Shown piece after piece: positions 23,901 through 32,859 of a stretch of 64,000 nucleotides of DNA. The position numbers were made by a program, and so were the translations under genes. The stretch comes from Tetramitus jugosus (Eukaryota > Protista > Heterolobosea), in assembly GCA_937625935.1 (NCBI GenBank), contig OW569392.1:124001-188000 (forward strand), given 5' to 3'. Numbering within the stretch: position 1 is the first letter of the stretch; every line of letters starts with the position of its first letter. The notes beneath the pieces are model-generated. The model saw nothing but the letters and a program-made list of their open reading frames with translations, was not told the origin of the DNA and did not search any database.

Positions 23901-26900
23901 AGAAACATCGACATGAAAGACAACTTCTCTGCTCTTTGCTGATTCAAAAGACTCAATCAGAGAGTTCATTTGAATATCTTCTCTCAAAGATACGCGGTAG
24001 TATACACGATTCGAGTCGTAACACTGCCCAAGAATATAATTAGTCTTTCCGCCTCCACAAATGTTCGATCGAACACCGGCGATGTCACCACTATATTCGC
24101 TGTTGAATACAGAAATATAATGTTTGACCAAATCTTCATGAGGAAGCAATATGTTTGTTTCAGCTATATAAGTTGAGAAGGCATTGGCTAACCGCTGTCT
24201 ATCAATCTTATCTCCTAACAGATACAGAGACGATGATAACTCAGAGTGCAACATCGGCTTTAGTGCATCCACAACTGTACATTGAACACTATAGCTAAGT
24301 CGATGAATTCCAGCAATGACATACACTCGAGAAGAAAGTCCATATTGTCTTGCCTTTGACCATCTTCTAAGCAATAACAAAACATCTTCAAAACGAGTTT
24401 CTTCATAACACATGAGTATTTCGTCAGGTTCAGGCAGTCGTCGCTCTTGCACGTACAATGAGAAAATAACATTAGGAATGTCTGTTTCCTCACAACCGAT
24501 AATTGACAAATGCTTGATTGACTCTTCGTCCATAACATCTGGATCAGCCTCATGTTTGAATGGCTTTCTCGTACCTAGCTGTGTGACCCTTTCAGAGAAT
24601 ATCTCATCAAAAGTCTGCGCGAGTAATTTCAAGCGATCCTCAGCTTTCAAATTATTCACAAATAAACTACAGCGTGCAACATACGTAAGCACTACAAGCT
24701 GTGCGACTTGTTCGTCTACAGAGCGATCAACCATCATCATGAGTGATAAAAGCTCTTGGTAATTGGTACCGTCGAATGATTGGACTATCATCTTGATTTG
24801 CTTCATACTGAAATAATTAATGAAATAATGACTGTCTCGTATCTTCTGAATGGAGTCAACCCACCTAACACTCTCTTGCTTCAGATATTCGGCTTCATTT
24901 TGAATATGAATCAAATCAGTAGCAACACTAAACTCTTTTGTATAGTAGGAATACTCCAAATGGGCGTTAGAACATAGCTCTTGCAAGCTCGAGTGCAATC
25001 GAGATAGAGTCTGTACAGACGTCACAAAGTCATTAACAATACTATCGATATCTGAGTGGCTTTCTTTGAACTCATCCGGTATCTTAACATTCAACAACGT
25101 AGTTTGAAGATCTATCAAATCCTCCAAAGATCGAGAGTTTGTATCTACACAACAGCATACTTGATTTCTTGAGTTCGAATCGATGATAAACTTGCCCTTA
25201 TCGTGAATTTTTTTCACTTGTAAACATGCTTGTACGCCAGGACTCGCATTGACTCTAGCTAAACTTTCCTTGATCAAATCCAAATTGGTTCTAGTCACTG
25301 CAATATGTTTTATCTTGTCATCAATATCAGTAATGGACTTATTCAACGCATTCAATGTACCAAAAAACGATTCGGCTGACAGGAACTGGGAGCTTGGATA
25401 TAAAAGAGGAAACAAGTATTGTCGTGTTTCGGTCAGAGAAGCAAATGACTGTAGAAGGATCGCGTCATCATTGATGGACCTCGCAACTCTGATCTTTTCA
25501 TTAAAATTATTGTTGTCCCTCTCCTCAAACAGCCACTCAAGCATGTTGTCACACCCATTTAGGGCACTAACAAGAGATAAATCTGCTTGACTGAAGGTAC
25601 TCAACACTTTTCTTGCAGGTTCAACAACGTGCGACACACGTTCCAAGACTCCATCTTGCCAATTAGATTGTAAATAGTCTTCCAACCAAGTAATGTTCTG
25701 GTAGAATCCATCGTTGGATGAGAGTTGGAAGCTCTTTTTAAATAGATGAACGACATTGATGATTTGTGGAAGAATCGCTCGTTGTCCTAGGATGTAAATA
25801 AATCCACTAATCTCCTTGAATCTCTGTTGGACCCATGCATCACCTTTATCCACATTTGTGATACTCACAACGTAAGATGTACCGCTTTCTCGTATGCAAG
25901 TCTCCTTCAACAAACTGAGGGTATGGAACAATCGATCGGAAGGTAAACCTTCAAAGGAATCTTGTAACTTTTTGAATGAAATGCTTCGATTATCTATCTC
26001 TCGATAAAGTGTGACCCACTCTGATTCCAACTCAGGAATCACACGATCTACTACGTAGGATAGACTCAATTTCTGCTGATTCGAATCAATTTCTTCCTGT
26101 ACAGATTCACCCAATTCAGCATAGTTCACAGATTCCGATCTTTGTGCTCTATTGCTGTTCCAATGCTTATTGACAAGATGTTCATACATTCTCAAAAACA
26201 AATCATTGTCTCCCAACTTTCGCAACACCTTCACTCTACTGTAAATAGGTAGCTCAAGTAGTAAGCGTGATAGTTTAAGGAATGGCATCACGTTCACATT
26301 CTTTTCAATCTTCTCCAGCACCCCTTCCAATTGACTGTAATCAACATTGGAGTGACACCCATAATTATTGATGTACGATCTAATATCAGTCAGTGTAGCT
26401 TCATATTGGGCCACTTCAGAGTTGAACTGCTTCAGCTGACCATCAGTAATATTCTTCACATGTGTGGAGTGTATCAATTGAATGAACCGTTCTCGTCGAG
26501 AGTCCTGGCATATACATTTCAACTCATCGTACAACACAGTACTATTTTCAATCTTTTTCGCAATCTTTTCTATTGTCTGCGTGACCAAAACACACTGACC
26601 CTCGATTGCTGTACTCCGCCAAGGATATTGCAAAATAAAACTCCAAACACGCTGATAGTAAATAATTGAGTCCATAGATGCAAAATTTGGCATACTTGAG
26701 ATAATCTCATTCAACACACTTGCTCCAATGTTATCAGTCTTATTCGATCTCGAACATCTATCTAATACTTGTTGGACAAGCTTTGCACGAATATCCTCTC
26801 TATCAGAGATGAGTAATGTTCTGCAAAACCCTGAAGCTCTTCTTGACAGCACATCAATTATGAGAGAATCAACATTCATAGAATTAACACTCAATATACT

Positions 26901-29204
26901 GTCGAGCACCTTCGAGGGATTGTGTTGGGAAAATATGAAAGTATTCTCCTCCAATTTCCGCATAAAGTAGTCGGACTGCCCAGCCATAATCGTACCGTGG
27001 ACATACAGCAATAGGGTTTGATAGATGCCTACAGCAAATGAGAGGACCTTTTTATCGTCTGCTAACTTCTTCTGCTTGCTTCCTTTCAGTTCATTGAATA
27101 AATTGGATAAATAAGTGTCCACAGCATCAGCAATAAGGCTAACATCTCTCTCACATCTTGAATGTACTAAGTACGATTGTACGATTGATAATACTAATTT
27201 AGCATGGCTCTCATCACAACTCACAATCTGTCTATTCAACAATATCGAAATAACCAATGTTGTTTGATATAATCTTGGATTTTCGTTCAAAAACGACACC
27301 AACCGCTGCAGCCTCTTTAACGTCAAGTTTTCCCTATCACACGACTTCAAGTAATTGGCAAACATGTTGACAAATATACCCTCTCCTTCATTAAATAGAG
27401 TTGCGAATCCGTAAACAGAGTAGCAGCACTTGACATTCGGACAAATATCTAACATGGTTTCAATCAACAAACTTAAATCTGACCTGTTAATCGTTAACCC
27501 AACCAACTTCTCCTTCAAGTGCAAAACTGTTTTCTTAAACGATTCTACCTTCTGTCTCATAGACATGGAGCGCGAGAATGATTTCAAATGTTCATATAGT
27601 GACTCATATCCGAGACGAAATTCGTTCTCCTCTATAATATAAGGAGCGAACTTTATCCATTGGAAAGCATCCTGTGATGCACTGAGTTCGAATACATTTC
27701 GAATACCACTATTAAATTGATCAACGAACTGCGTTGGAACTAATTTCCTAATCTTTCTGATCGAATCAAAGTCACAGGACTTCAAGAGCATTAACAACTT
27801 ATCTCGTCCATTTAGTTTCGAAGTATCCAATTGGGAAAGGTGTGATACAATTCCCCACAAAATCATTGCCTCTGCTACGAATATGAAGGATCGAATGTAC
27901 TGTTTAGAGGATAAGAACGATACCAATGCTTGCCACATTTCATCTCTGAACCTCGGACTGATAGCATTCGCTGTCCGATTGGTTCGTAATTCAGGCAGTG
28001 ACGCACGATTGGGGATTTCTAAATTAAGGGAGCACCAAAGTAAGCATTCATATTGTGCGACAAACAACTCAACTGCCTGTTTCTCTGTCGTACTTGATGC
28101 TGATATGGTCATAAAATGTACAAGTGAATCATTGATGGCAGACTTTAAGAACAGTGTAAATGGAGTATCTTCCATTGATGATCCAAATATGCTGATTAGT
28201 CCTCTGGACGATGGAGCGTAATCCGAATGAACAAAATACACATGATTTCGATATTGATCCGCAGAGCCATCATGCATAATCACCTTCCTGTTCCTATCAG
28301 GCTTGGCCATACCAGAGACTTCCACAACTTGCACACAATAAGTGAGCACCGAAGTATGCACGGGCACATCCACATGCGCAATATAGTGCGACGTGTATTC
28401 GTCATGTTCCTTGAACCGATAAGACAATCGAATGTCTCTCTTGTTTTTCTTGCTCGAAAAAGTACACACCAACTCTACACGTGGTCGATCCAAATTGTGT
28501 AGAGCGACTGCAGGAACATGACAATGAAAAGTCCACTTGACAGTCTTCAATTTTGAAATGTCAGTCGCAGGAGATTTCTCTCCCTTATCAATACTATGAT
28601 ACCCACCATCAACAGCAGCAGCAGCTACACTTGTTCCAATTGTCAAATTTGGCAATTGACTATTTGGTTGATAATTGACAGGAAGCAATGAAGAAGAATC
28701 AATTGCAAAAGATTCAGATGATATGATTGACTGTTGAGTCCGATCAGTCACATCTGGCAAGTTGCGATAGGAGGAAAAATCAGAGTAATAATTTTGTTCC
28801 AATTGTGGTTGAGAAAGTTGTACAGGTGCACCTCCACTATGACTACTATGATTCACATTGACATAACTCCCCAAAAATAATGGATAATATGGTTGTTGTT
28901 GTTGTACATTTTGTTGTTGTTGTTGTCCTACTATTGTTGGATAAAGTGGAGAAATTGGAGTTGGATCAACATCAGTCATCATAGTTGAAGCTGAATCCAA
29001 TTGTTGTTGTTGTTGGTTATCACTTATTTGAACCCTCATTGTCGTCGTCGTTGCAGCGTCATTTTCATGATTGTTTGTCATCATTGATTCATCATCATCA
29101 TCATCATCGTGATTGATGTAAATTATTTGTTGATTATTGCTCGCAATTATCGGTTGTTGTTCATCGTCACTTGTTTTCTTCCAATTGTTGTTGCTCTGAC
29201 TCAT
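14934..29204 (-). CDS. RNF213/mysterin-like giant AAA+ ATPase E3 ubiquitin ligase
   Basis: Walker A motifs GETGCGKS and GLPGASKS with Walker B FLDEVN and VLDEIG; RING CDIC..CC..C..C..CFHC; RZ finger YTCPNNH..CG..CPYC..IGG.DH; first ATG at 29204. Confidence 0.9.
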   Translation of the reverse strand: MSQSNNNWKKTSDDEQQPIIASNNQQIIYINHDDDDDDESMMTNNHENDAATTTTMRVQISDNQQQQQLDSASTMMTDVDPTPISPLYPTIVGQQQQQNVQQQQPYYPLFLGSYVNVNHSSHSGGAPVQLSQPQLEQNYYSDFSSYRNLPDVTDRTQQSIISSESFAIDSSSLLPVNYQPNSQLPNLTIGTSVAAAAVDGGYHSIDKGEKSPATDISKLKTVKWTFHCHVPAVALHNLDRPRVELVCTFSSKKNKRDIRLSYRFKEHDEYTSHYIAHVDVPVHTSVLTYCVQVVEVSGMAKPDRNRKVIMHDGSADQYRNHVYFVHSDYAPSSRGLISIFGSSMEDTPFTLFLKSAINDSLVHFMTISASSTTEKQAVELFVAQYECLLWCSLNLEIPNRASLPELRTNRTANAISPRFRDEMWQALVSFLSSKQYIRSFIFVAEAMILWGIVSHLSQLDTSKLNGRDKLLMLLKSCDFDSIRKIRKLVPTQFVDQFNSGIRNVFELSASQDAFQWIKFAPYIIEENEFRLGYESLYEHLKSFSRSMSMRQKVESFKKTVLHLKEKLVGLTINRSDLSLLIETMLDICPNVKCCYSVYGFATLFNEGEGIFVNMFANYLKSCDRENLTLKRLQRLVSFLNENPRLYQTTLVISILLNRQIVSCDESHAKLVLSIVQSYLVHSRCERDVSLIADAVDTYLSNLFNELKGSKQKKLADDKKVLSFAVGIYQTLLLYVHGTIMAGQSDYFMRKLEENTFIFSQHNPSKVLDSILSVNSMNVDSLIIDVLSRRASGFCRTLLISDREDIRAKLVQQVLDRCSRSNKTDNIGASVLNEIISSMPNFASMDSIIYYQRVWSFILQYPWRSTAIEGQCVLVTQTIEKIAKKIENSTVLYDELKCICQDSRRERFIQLIHSTHVKNITDGQLKQFNSEVAQYEATLTDIRSYINNYGCHSNVDYSQLEGVLEKIEKNVNVMPFLKLSRLLLELPIYSRVKVLRKLGDNDLFLRMYEHLVNKHWNSNRAQRSESVNYAELGESVQEEIDSNQQKLSLSYVVDRVIPELESEWVTLYREIDNRSISFKKLQDSFEGLPSDRLFHTLSLLKETCIRESGTSYVVSITNVDKGDAWVQQRFKEISGFIYILGQRAILPQIINVVHLFKKSFQLSSNDGFYQNITWLEDYLQSNWQDGVLERVSHVVEPARKVLSTFSQADLSLVSALNGCDNMLEWLFEERDNNNFNEKIRVARSINDDAILLQSFASLTETRQYLFPLLYPSSQFLSAESFFGTLNALNKSITDIDDKIKHIAVTRTNLDLIKESLARVNASPGVQACLQVKKIHDKGKFIIDSNSRNQVCCCVDTNSRSLEDLIDLQTTLLNVKIPDEFKESHSDIDSIVNDFVTSVQTLSRLHSSLQELCSNAHLEYSYYTKEFSVATDLIHIQNEAEYLKQESVRWVDSIQKIRDSHYFINYFSMKQIKMIVQSFDGTNYQELLSLMMMVDRSVDEQVAQLVVLTYVARCSLFVNNLKAEDRLKLLAQTFDEIFSERVTQLGTRKPFKHEADPDVMDEESIKHLSIIGCEETDIPNVIFSLYVQERRLPEPDEILMCYEETRFEDVLLLLRRWSKARQYGLSSRVYVIAGIHRLSYSVQCTVVDALKPMLHSELSSSLYLLGDKIDRQRLANAFSTYIAETNILLPHEDLVKHYISVFNSEYSGDIAGVRSNICGGGKTNYILGQCYDSNRVYYRVSLREDIQMNSLIESFESAKSREVVFHVDVSPSVSKMANYVLFELLIVGTLQDRVTGRVYHKSAEDSFYVEVPNTPGNRCLKQVLTLCDSLPSRSIIVSPQCMDIYTYSVPHNLSKVEQRKNFQLQFVCKHLDAYKQGVFSDAGLQKSWDPDSVPDIPPHQCYETLVSASQTQQPSFALLNNFVKFTYPQFKSLRSFSFLNFLCEDPDWREIKTIIIQIILETARDFAVRQIALNFSHDPSLEEYTERFKTLKKWNESKHPVLVFIESMDYETCGLNLISLDPSLIDRFMPKPLQDMVQQNGIDLKFNFHQSVLQIGQLETEAKCLEKLKMVAGQMSGMDEGMREFSNLMIREVLQNTDYVLTEDNLMKMFAIVMRFERGLPVIITGETGCGKSFLVQYLCRVLEYNLSKIVIHGGHSDEDIFQFVRGVKEKAMLAQEATFVVFLDEVNTTNSLGAIKEIVCDRFMDGVVLPPNIKIVCALNPYRKRQAPITEEAGLIFKHAAVQSLPDPLESLAYRVFPIPDTFAESLFDFGQIDNATECHYVNSMLRKGLNTSANAPSMTNIVIHFVTEMLFSSQSFIRDITKEISSVSLRDIDRAVRLFKWFDLMRPVESIIDLQNGVIRERDCNARVARLIILTLGHVYYTRLSRKDRSSYLQYIGGKSAQHGARWYLSPQKFEALLAAEQKELTEKMNPGSGIALNEALCENVFMIVTSAINRIPIFIIGLPGASKSLAIDLIAKAMKGKSSADDFLKNLPSFDVFTHQCSPLSTASGIEKSFRSAGTYAKDAKNSLVVLVLDEIGLAEQSPFMPLKVLHQELERKDIATVAISNFSLDAAKMNRAVFLLRSPPTRDQLESTAQGIVSNRVLKNNLKSLADSYQQVYDNQKMKNFFGLREYYYLVKYIDARVKNGLTPDILLNAVMRNFGGRDEQETLEILKTFSSKSMNLMHLERPSNRLLIEENLKDLKARHLMLLTQNNAALNLLFDFKILDSISDVELIFGTDFPADKTNFNISLDLQRIKLAMASGRIVVLVHADSLYESLYDLLNQHYVQVQNLKYARLAFGCSSVTCPVHDNFRIIVISELKDVEKLSAPFLNRLEKQVLLRDHLLTEEQRNLVNRLSQFVEKLKSDSGLDSDELFIGSHGSTLTSLVQSMDGVTDNDILADLDMFHVSEDGVEDNEQFDLACNRLIYTMTPESVLTTRNIDLIDNYFKKQVHSDLNSLLDRCLNNYHGMDCKDTGIQLVVNTHSPLDIELETSLATLTQKRGIDLCFLQLHEMQSSLDLTRACDEFLNSEAEEALLVLLCDPNGTSLRRIRFAQYELESRKNKCTNGRIRHIALVIMIMRTTKVVYTFDFDKRWRYVYIDDVRTIKTDLPSTTDMISNSLSVVIEQKIDIIGVLYNNIHHALSRIIYPNRTKQQIQQQVKILKLWLRSRGDFETRFSNSVRALIIDFVKHSKALDQDEQWFINVATNVKELYVCGTFRSALHQYIQKVCYLTFSSLISHIDRNGNLAILANGSYQEKNLWLQILPSVARVRVIEATYQQLLTHNFIEVKHDEKSGHLQALFPFSHRIGRYIESSKFSVDSNNPTLVRQSIEKQLKLSYSILLEPQTPKLIVNYLSDYQMMFGRSSLNIDLVLQILTLYLGEESVLSIPAVQTAFWACEKRLHVVNTLLTCVPEIAEEYALALSNSENLLYADTELCRLCLTLLNPKVFANDNDLETIDDFKSWIHRISNIRTAMNLVLSREWMGLTSSYNQDDIETDSLVLARTKLSRSWKKILFYSQFIRELALPGQLPQPICLKFWEDLNVNEEDVFQNANSLSAMITLLRSTNQQHSRNGDEYECDICYDIPKRPVNTKCCQRSVCYDCAVKYLENSKDSTCFHCRKEINRDSLEEYIDECSDQFQEDVECAKSKEEEFKKYSSRIVEVFLVDYCLSIDNSELSDDLIRNIIKYIGEDQDLDPTMSFITSDSLISSVIRRLLRMYMSNQSVDVIKKELNRQLKRYYGVNRNVEFRLATCICQNFEDYCEERAILSKEKLDLALNNIPQDKILDVDNLFETLYSIAYARFVISRLVQQLLDISSESMIDQDLISAADRFMIKSHDTLIFFLRELVKHGGMSYAKQMLSSPSISEMQSLKDWFADNPQIHRLLSSSNVVESSSPFLTLYPDMNKVVEAVDTLLLTNDDTLLNEIMLHPQDIQKTKAYLLISIMEGVYIARAYSSSINTEVITNWMKQHSRVNWLNEELFPLLKLFMNSRIHGSLVLNEQSSLNDVWLLRCVIHWVALILQLGVAEGGLLYKLLMKTPSVRDGYLPAMPDDCRQMIANVLLGGTFYTCPNNHQYFVDNCGKPMEVLKCPYCKSDIGGTDHKMLPDNKLIGTRDDQSQLYCLQDVSLEGDVMCIARNLKPKQLRTLRFMLHAILLIGNLLSGGCKNVFNEQSPKPADSVQFFVDHLLNDWNLLSKITEQNFEHTSIILHLAALELLKFLQNDTNQTRLLKTQQQRQGFEDGFSNAVNDMFNSNSSISEAIEDFMKKHENNERDNTVAVEILLERNVSSVWMHNEHISFDRFALKMAELNPSEASLARLFASKQEQLYSTRYIHDILQMFSHVFSRFNKKITRQFAQEKSVMDIINELPQSQRKDVYDVWQRFKKAWNISWKFVKHYGCLQIPANMHHFEMTDDTKLIFILPNESDECLFSLAFIDHLFTVHNEFVNLISTVRALGEEYPTETVSSIDLTKANLVSYSLKKQIVPFLKDHCNRPLLLSECNPISYDVHYFEQYLIDQIFNGKPIIQAEIRLFEFVGDLRKTDARSRLAARVQQEKLDDHTKRELTQGFDTTEKCSQCFRMIEVAINFIQTTGGSSLEQLEDNTAEIYIIDYLTDTLLIEDALQVFNQTSKKLKLKHLDSAWTTLEQHLTADVFSDVDVAYRSELPEDIKSKLEQEAPRMKDLNELLPVFREYILDQLKERHTKPQESLKLCLSFLELEDGDSPSKLAAYRMLPDELLVAHALSAFLFLSAYEKNKHKL

Positions 29205-29536
29205 GGTTTTTTGTGTTGTTGCCAAGAGAGATGATAATGGTGTACAAGTTGTTTGTGTATTGTTGAGATATTAGTTGATGGAGTACTTCTGGGGGAATGA
29301 AGAGATTTTGGTGATGGGTTTTGTGATGGTTGTGGAGTCCTGCAGGAAAATGGGAGCAAACAGAAGTCGGAACCAAAAAAGCTAAGAAAGCACGCGGAGA
29401 ATTTTTCAGCTCTTCCACTTCAGAACTGGAAGAGGATTTACGATCAAAATTCGAATACAATTCAAAATCTTGTATCTTTGAGTGTAAAAATTCATATGAA
29501 TTTTGGCTTAGTTGACAACGGATGTCAAAAAGCAAA

Positions 29537-29656
29537 AGCCTACATTACTGAGGGTTCTCGAGTAGTCTCCTATCTCAATACTAACTCAGCCAGATGGTGC
29601 TTAACTTCTCTATTCGAAATGGGAAGAGGTGGTTCCACCATTGTATGAACGTAGAC
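29537..29656 (-). rRNA. 5S rRNA
   Basis: GTCTACG...GTAGGC terminal stem, AGTTAAGC box A-like, GATAGGAGAC box C-like, TTTT terminator. Confidence 0.92.
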
Positions 29657-29887
29657 ATCAGATTTCATTTGTCATCCTATTTGCCGCCGGAGGCCCCAAA
29701 GGACGAGTCTACTACATGGTTACACCCTGAAGAAGGGACATTTCTGTTGGATCATCAAGCAATGTCAACACTCATTGCAATTACACTCTGTTTTGAAACC
29801 AGATTTGTCCAAATGACTGGTAACTTTTCACAAGGTATATTCTGTGCCACAAAGGAACACCAAACATAAATCATTTCAATCTCAGAA

Positions 29888-30905
29888 TTAGAAGCACTTT
29901 CTGTGTACTATATCTGGACCAGAATCTTCGTACTCTTCCTTGGAAATGTACATTTGTTGGAAAGTGGACAAGGAAGCAAAGATGGAACCACCAACCCAGA
30001 CAGAGTACTTTCTCTCTGGTGGAGCAACAACATTGATCTTCATGGAAGGAGGAGTCATGTTGGTTAATTCCTTGGTCAATCTCTCAGCAAAACATTCGAA
30101 CATGATTGTACCACCGGACAAGACAATGTTTCCAGACAAGTCCTTTCTAGTCTTCTCAATGGAGTTGAAGGCGGTTTCATGGACACCAGCAGCTTCTACA
30201 CCAATCAGGTTAGGTTGGAGCAAGACTTCAGTACCTCTGAATCTTTCGTTACCAACGGGGATGATAATACCATCAGGCAATTCATAAGACTTTTCAACGG
30301 TAGAGGACCTTTCAACCTTCTTCATTTTCTCATCGAAGTCCAAAGCGACGTAGCAGAACATTTCCTTGATATCCCTGACAACTTATCTTTCGGCAGTAGT
30401 CCCTCTTTCCATCAAAATCTTCGTCATGTAGTCAGTCAAGTCACAACCAGCAAAATCCATTCCTAGTTCTGCCGGAACATAAAAGGACACGACAGCTTGG
30501 ATAGCAACGTACATGACAGGAACGGAGAAGATCTCAAATATAATTTAGGTCGTCTTTTCTCTGTTGGCCTTTTGATTCAATGGAGCTTCAGTCAACAAGA
30601 CTGGATGCTCTTCTGGAGCAACTCTCAACTCATTGTAGGAGGTGTGATGCCAAATCTTCACCATGTCGTTCCAGTTGGTCACAAAACGGTGTTCGATTGG
30701 TACCTTAGGATCAAGATTCCTCTCTTGGATTGAGCCTCATCACCAACAAGATCATCCTTGCTACCGAGATCAACATTGATGGACTTTTGCTTCAGTCTAC
30801 CAATGATAGAAAGGAATACAGTCCTTGGTACATCATCACCAGCAAAGCCAGTCTCTATACACCAGATCCGCTATTAACAACTAGGGCTTAAAGGTCATCA
30901 TACAT
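29888..30905 (-). pseudogene. ACT: Actin pseudogene
   Basis: Actin motifs from MYDDL*ALVV..GFAGDD to [17 protein letters not shown], with an in-frame stop, frameshifts and internal deletions. Confidence 0.9.
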
Positions 30906-31044
30906 TACTCTGGAATTAAATGGCAAGTTTGTTTTTGTGGAGGTGACAAAGCGATACAGGTGATTGCTTGTTTCCAACAATGCTACTTGTAAGTATGACG
31001 GAAGAGCACAGAGCTAGTGGTGAAAACTGCATCAAGAGAAGCCA

Positions 31045-31419
31045 TTGAGGTATCCGACATGGAAACAAGAATTGCTCACGTGCATTGAATTTGAGCACTT
31101 TTTTTCCAATTGGGCCGATTTAGCCATCAAGAGCGCATTTTATGAAAGGACAACTCCCTTTTGTTGCACAGTGGAGCAGATACAACGTTTGGAAGTGGGA
31201 AATTTAGTTCGACTACTCAGACACTCGTCTCACCAATTAATGCTGTATACAAAATTGTTTAACGCGATGCAAGTACCTCAAGAGATAGTAAGTCGAGCTG
31301 CGCTCGAGTTTTGCTCAAAACATGACATACCCTATTATGAGTGTAGTTTGAAAGATTTTCTTCAACCATTTTATGTTCTCTACTCCATCTTGCATCACGT
31401 TCGCTCGGCAAACCAATAG
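31045..31419 (+). pseudogene. Possible degenerate small-GTPase-like fragment
   Basis: EFCSKHDIPYYECS..QPF resembles a Ran/Rab C-terminus; no ATG at the ORF start and no P-loop. Confidence 0.25.
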
Positions 31420-31489
31420 AGGGGGTATCAGTACACTCACTGGCACACGTGGCCTCCGGCGGCAAATAGGATGACAAATGGAATCTGAT

Positions 31490-31609
31490 GTCTACGTTCA
31501 TACAATGGTGGAACCACCTCTTCCCATTTCGAATAGAGAAGTTAAGCACCATCTGGCTGAGTTAGTATTGAGATAGGAGACTACTCGAGAACCCTCAGTA
31601 ATGTAGGCT
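31490..31609 (+). rRNA. 5S rRNA
   Basis: Inverted copy of 29537-29656 with a TTTT terminator. Confidence 0.92.
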
Positions 31610-31685
31610 TTTGTGTTTTCTTGCTCTGCTGTGTGAAGATAAGATCTTTATTTGTATTTTGTAAAATGTTAAGGTATGAATTTCA

Positions 31686-32684
31686 CTACACTTGCCAATC
31701 GATTTCGTCTTGACCATTCCTCTTTAGGTATTCATTACACTTGGAGAAGTGCTTGCAGCCGAAGAAACCTTTGTAAGCAGAGAAAGGGCTGGGGTGGGTA
31801 CTCTCCAGAACCAAGTGCTTCTCTTTATCGATGAGTTTGGCTTTGGCCTCAACAAACTTTCCCCACATGATGAAAACGAGTCCGCTCTTTTCCTTGTTCA
31901 GCAAGTTGATTGTTGCGTCAGTAAATTGTTCCCAACCTTTCTGCTGATGCGAATTGGCAACATTCTTTCTCACTGTGAGCACAGTGTTAAGCAACAATAC
32001 ACCCTGATCAGCCCATTTGGTCAATGTACCGTGATTCGGTCTTTCGAATCCCTTGATATCGCTCCCTAATTCCTTGAAGATGTTGATCAATAAACTTGGC
32101 ACAACAACCCCTGGTTTGACACTGAACGCGAATCCATGTGCTAATCCAGGGACCTGATATGGATCTTGACCCATTATCACAACATTAACCTTGTCAGGGG
32201 TGCAATGATTGAATGCATTGAAAATCTCTTGTTTTGGTGGGAGGATATCATTCTCTCCATGAATTGCAATCTCAGTTGCCAAAAACCTCTTCAATTTCTT
32301 AAAGTATAGCTTTTCAAATTCGTCATTGAGCAAGATTCTCCATGAAATATCAAGCTCCATCTCAAAGTTGTCCATTGAAGTGATTTGCTCGGAGGACAAG
32401 TTCACGGAGCTACTTTCTTCATCTGACTCCTTCTCATCCTCCTCCGCTTCTTCTTCGTCTTCTTCAGCTTCATTATCGGTTTCTTCTTCTTCAACCTCGC
32501 CTCCATTATCAGTCTCTTCTTCTTCTTCTTGTTCCTTATGCTTTGGTTCAACTTCTAGTTGATCAAGTTGCTCCCGCTCTGCTTCTACTTCGCCACCAAT
32601 GACAGGTTTTTCTTGTTCTTCTCTATGTTCTACTGTTGATTCTGGTCTTGATTTTCTCTTGACACCTGTATACTTGTTGTTCAT
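31686..32684 (-). CDS. UNG: Uracil-DNA glycosylase (family 1)
   Basis: GQDPY, GVLLLNTVLTV and HPSP motifs; acidic N-terminal extension. Confidence 0.9.
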   Translation of the reverse strand: MNNKYTGVKRKSRPESTVEHREEQEKPVIGGEVEAEREQLDQLEVEPKHKEQEEEEETDNGGEVEEEETDNEAEEDEEEAEEDEKESDEESSSVNLSSEQITSMDNFEMELDISWRILLNDEFEKLYFKKLKRFLATEIAIHGENDILPPKQEIFNAFNHCTPDKVNVVIMGQDPYQVPGLAHGFAFSVKPGVVVPSLLINIFKELGSDIKGFERPNHGTLTKWADQGVLLLNTVLTVRKNVANSHQQKGWEQFTDATINLLNKEKSGLVFIMWGKFVEAKAKLIDKEKHLVLESTHPSPFSAYKGFFGCKHFSKCNEYLKRNGQDEIDWQV

Positions 32685-32859
32685 GTTGTCGATGTTATTT
32701 GTCGTTCTGATTTCCTTTGGTTACCTAGTACGTTGAATCGAATGGCGCGAGCGACAGTTGTAAAATTTACAGTTTGAACCCCATGTGTTTACTTACTCGA
32801 ATACTGCGCCAGAACGAGTCTTCAAGCCTTTCCTTATCTTTGGCAATTTCCTCATGAAG

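Noticed and set aside
29594-29869. ORFs starting MVLNFSIRNG (also 31259-31552) as a duplicated gene
   Set aside because: They are antisense translations of 5S rDNA.
29534-31612. Inverted repeats as terminal inverted repeats of a DNA transposon or MITE
   Set aside because: The repeats are 5S rRNA genes; no transposase and no flanking TSD seen.
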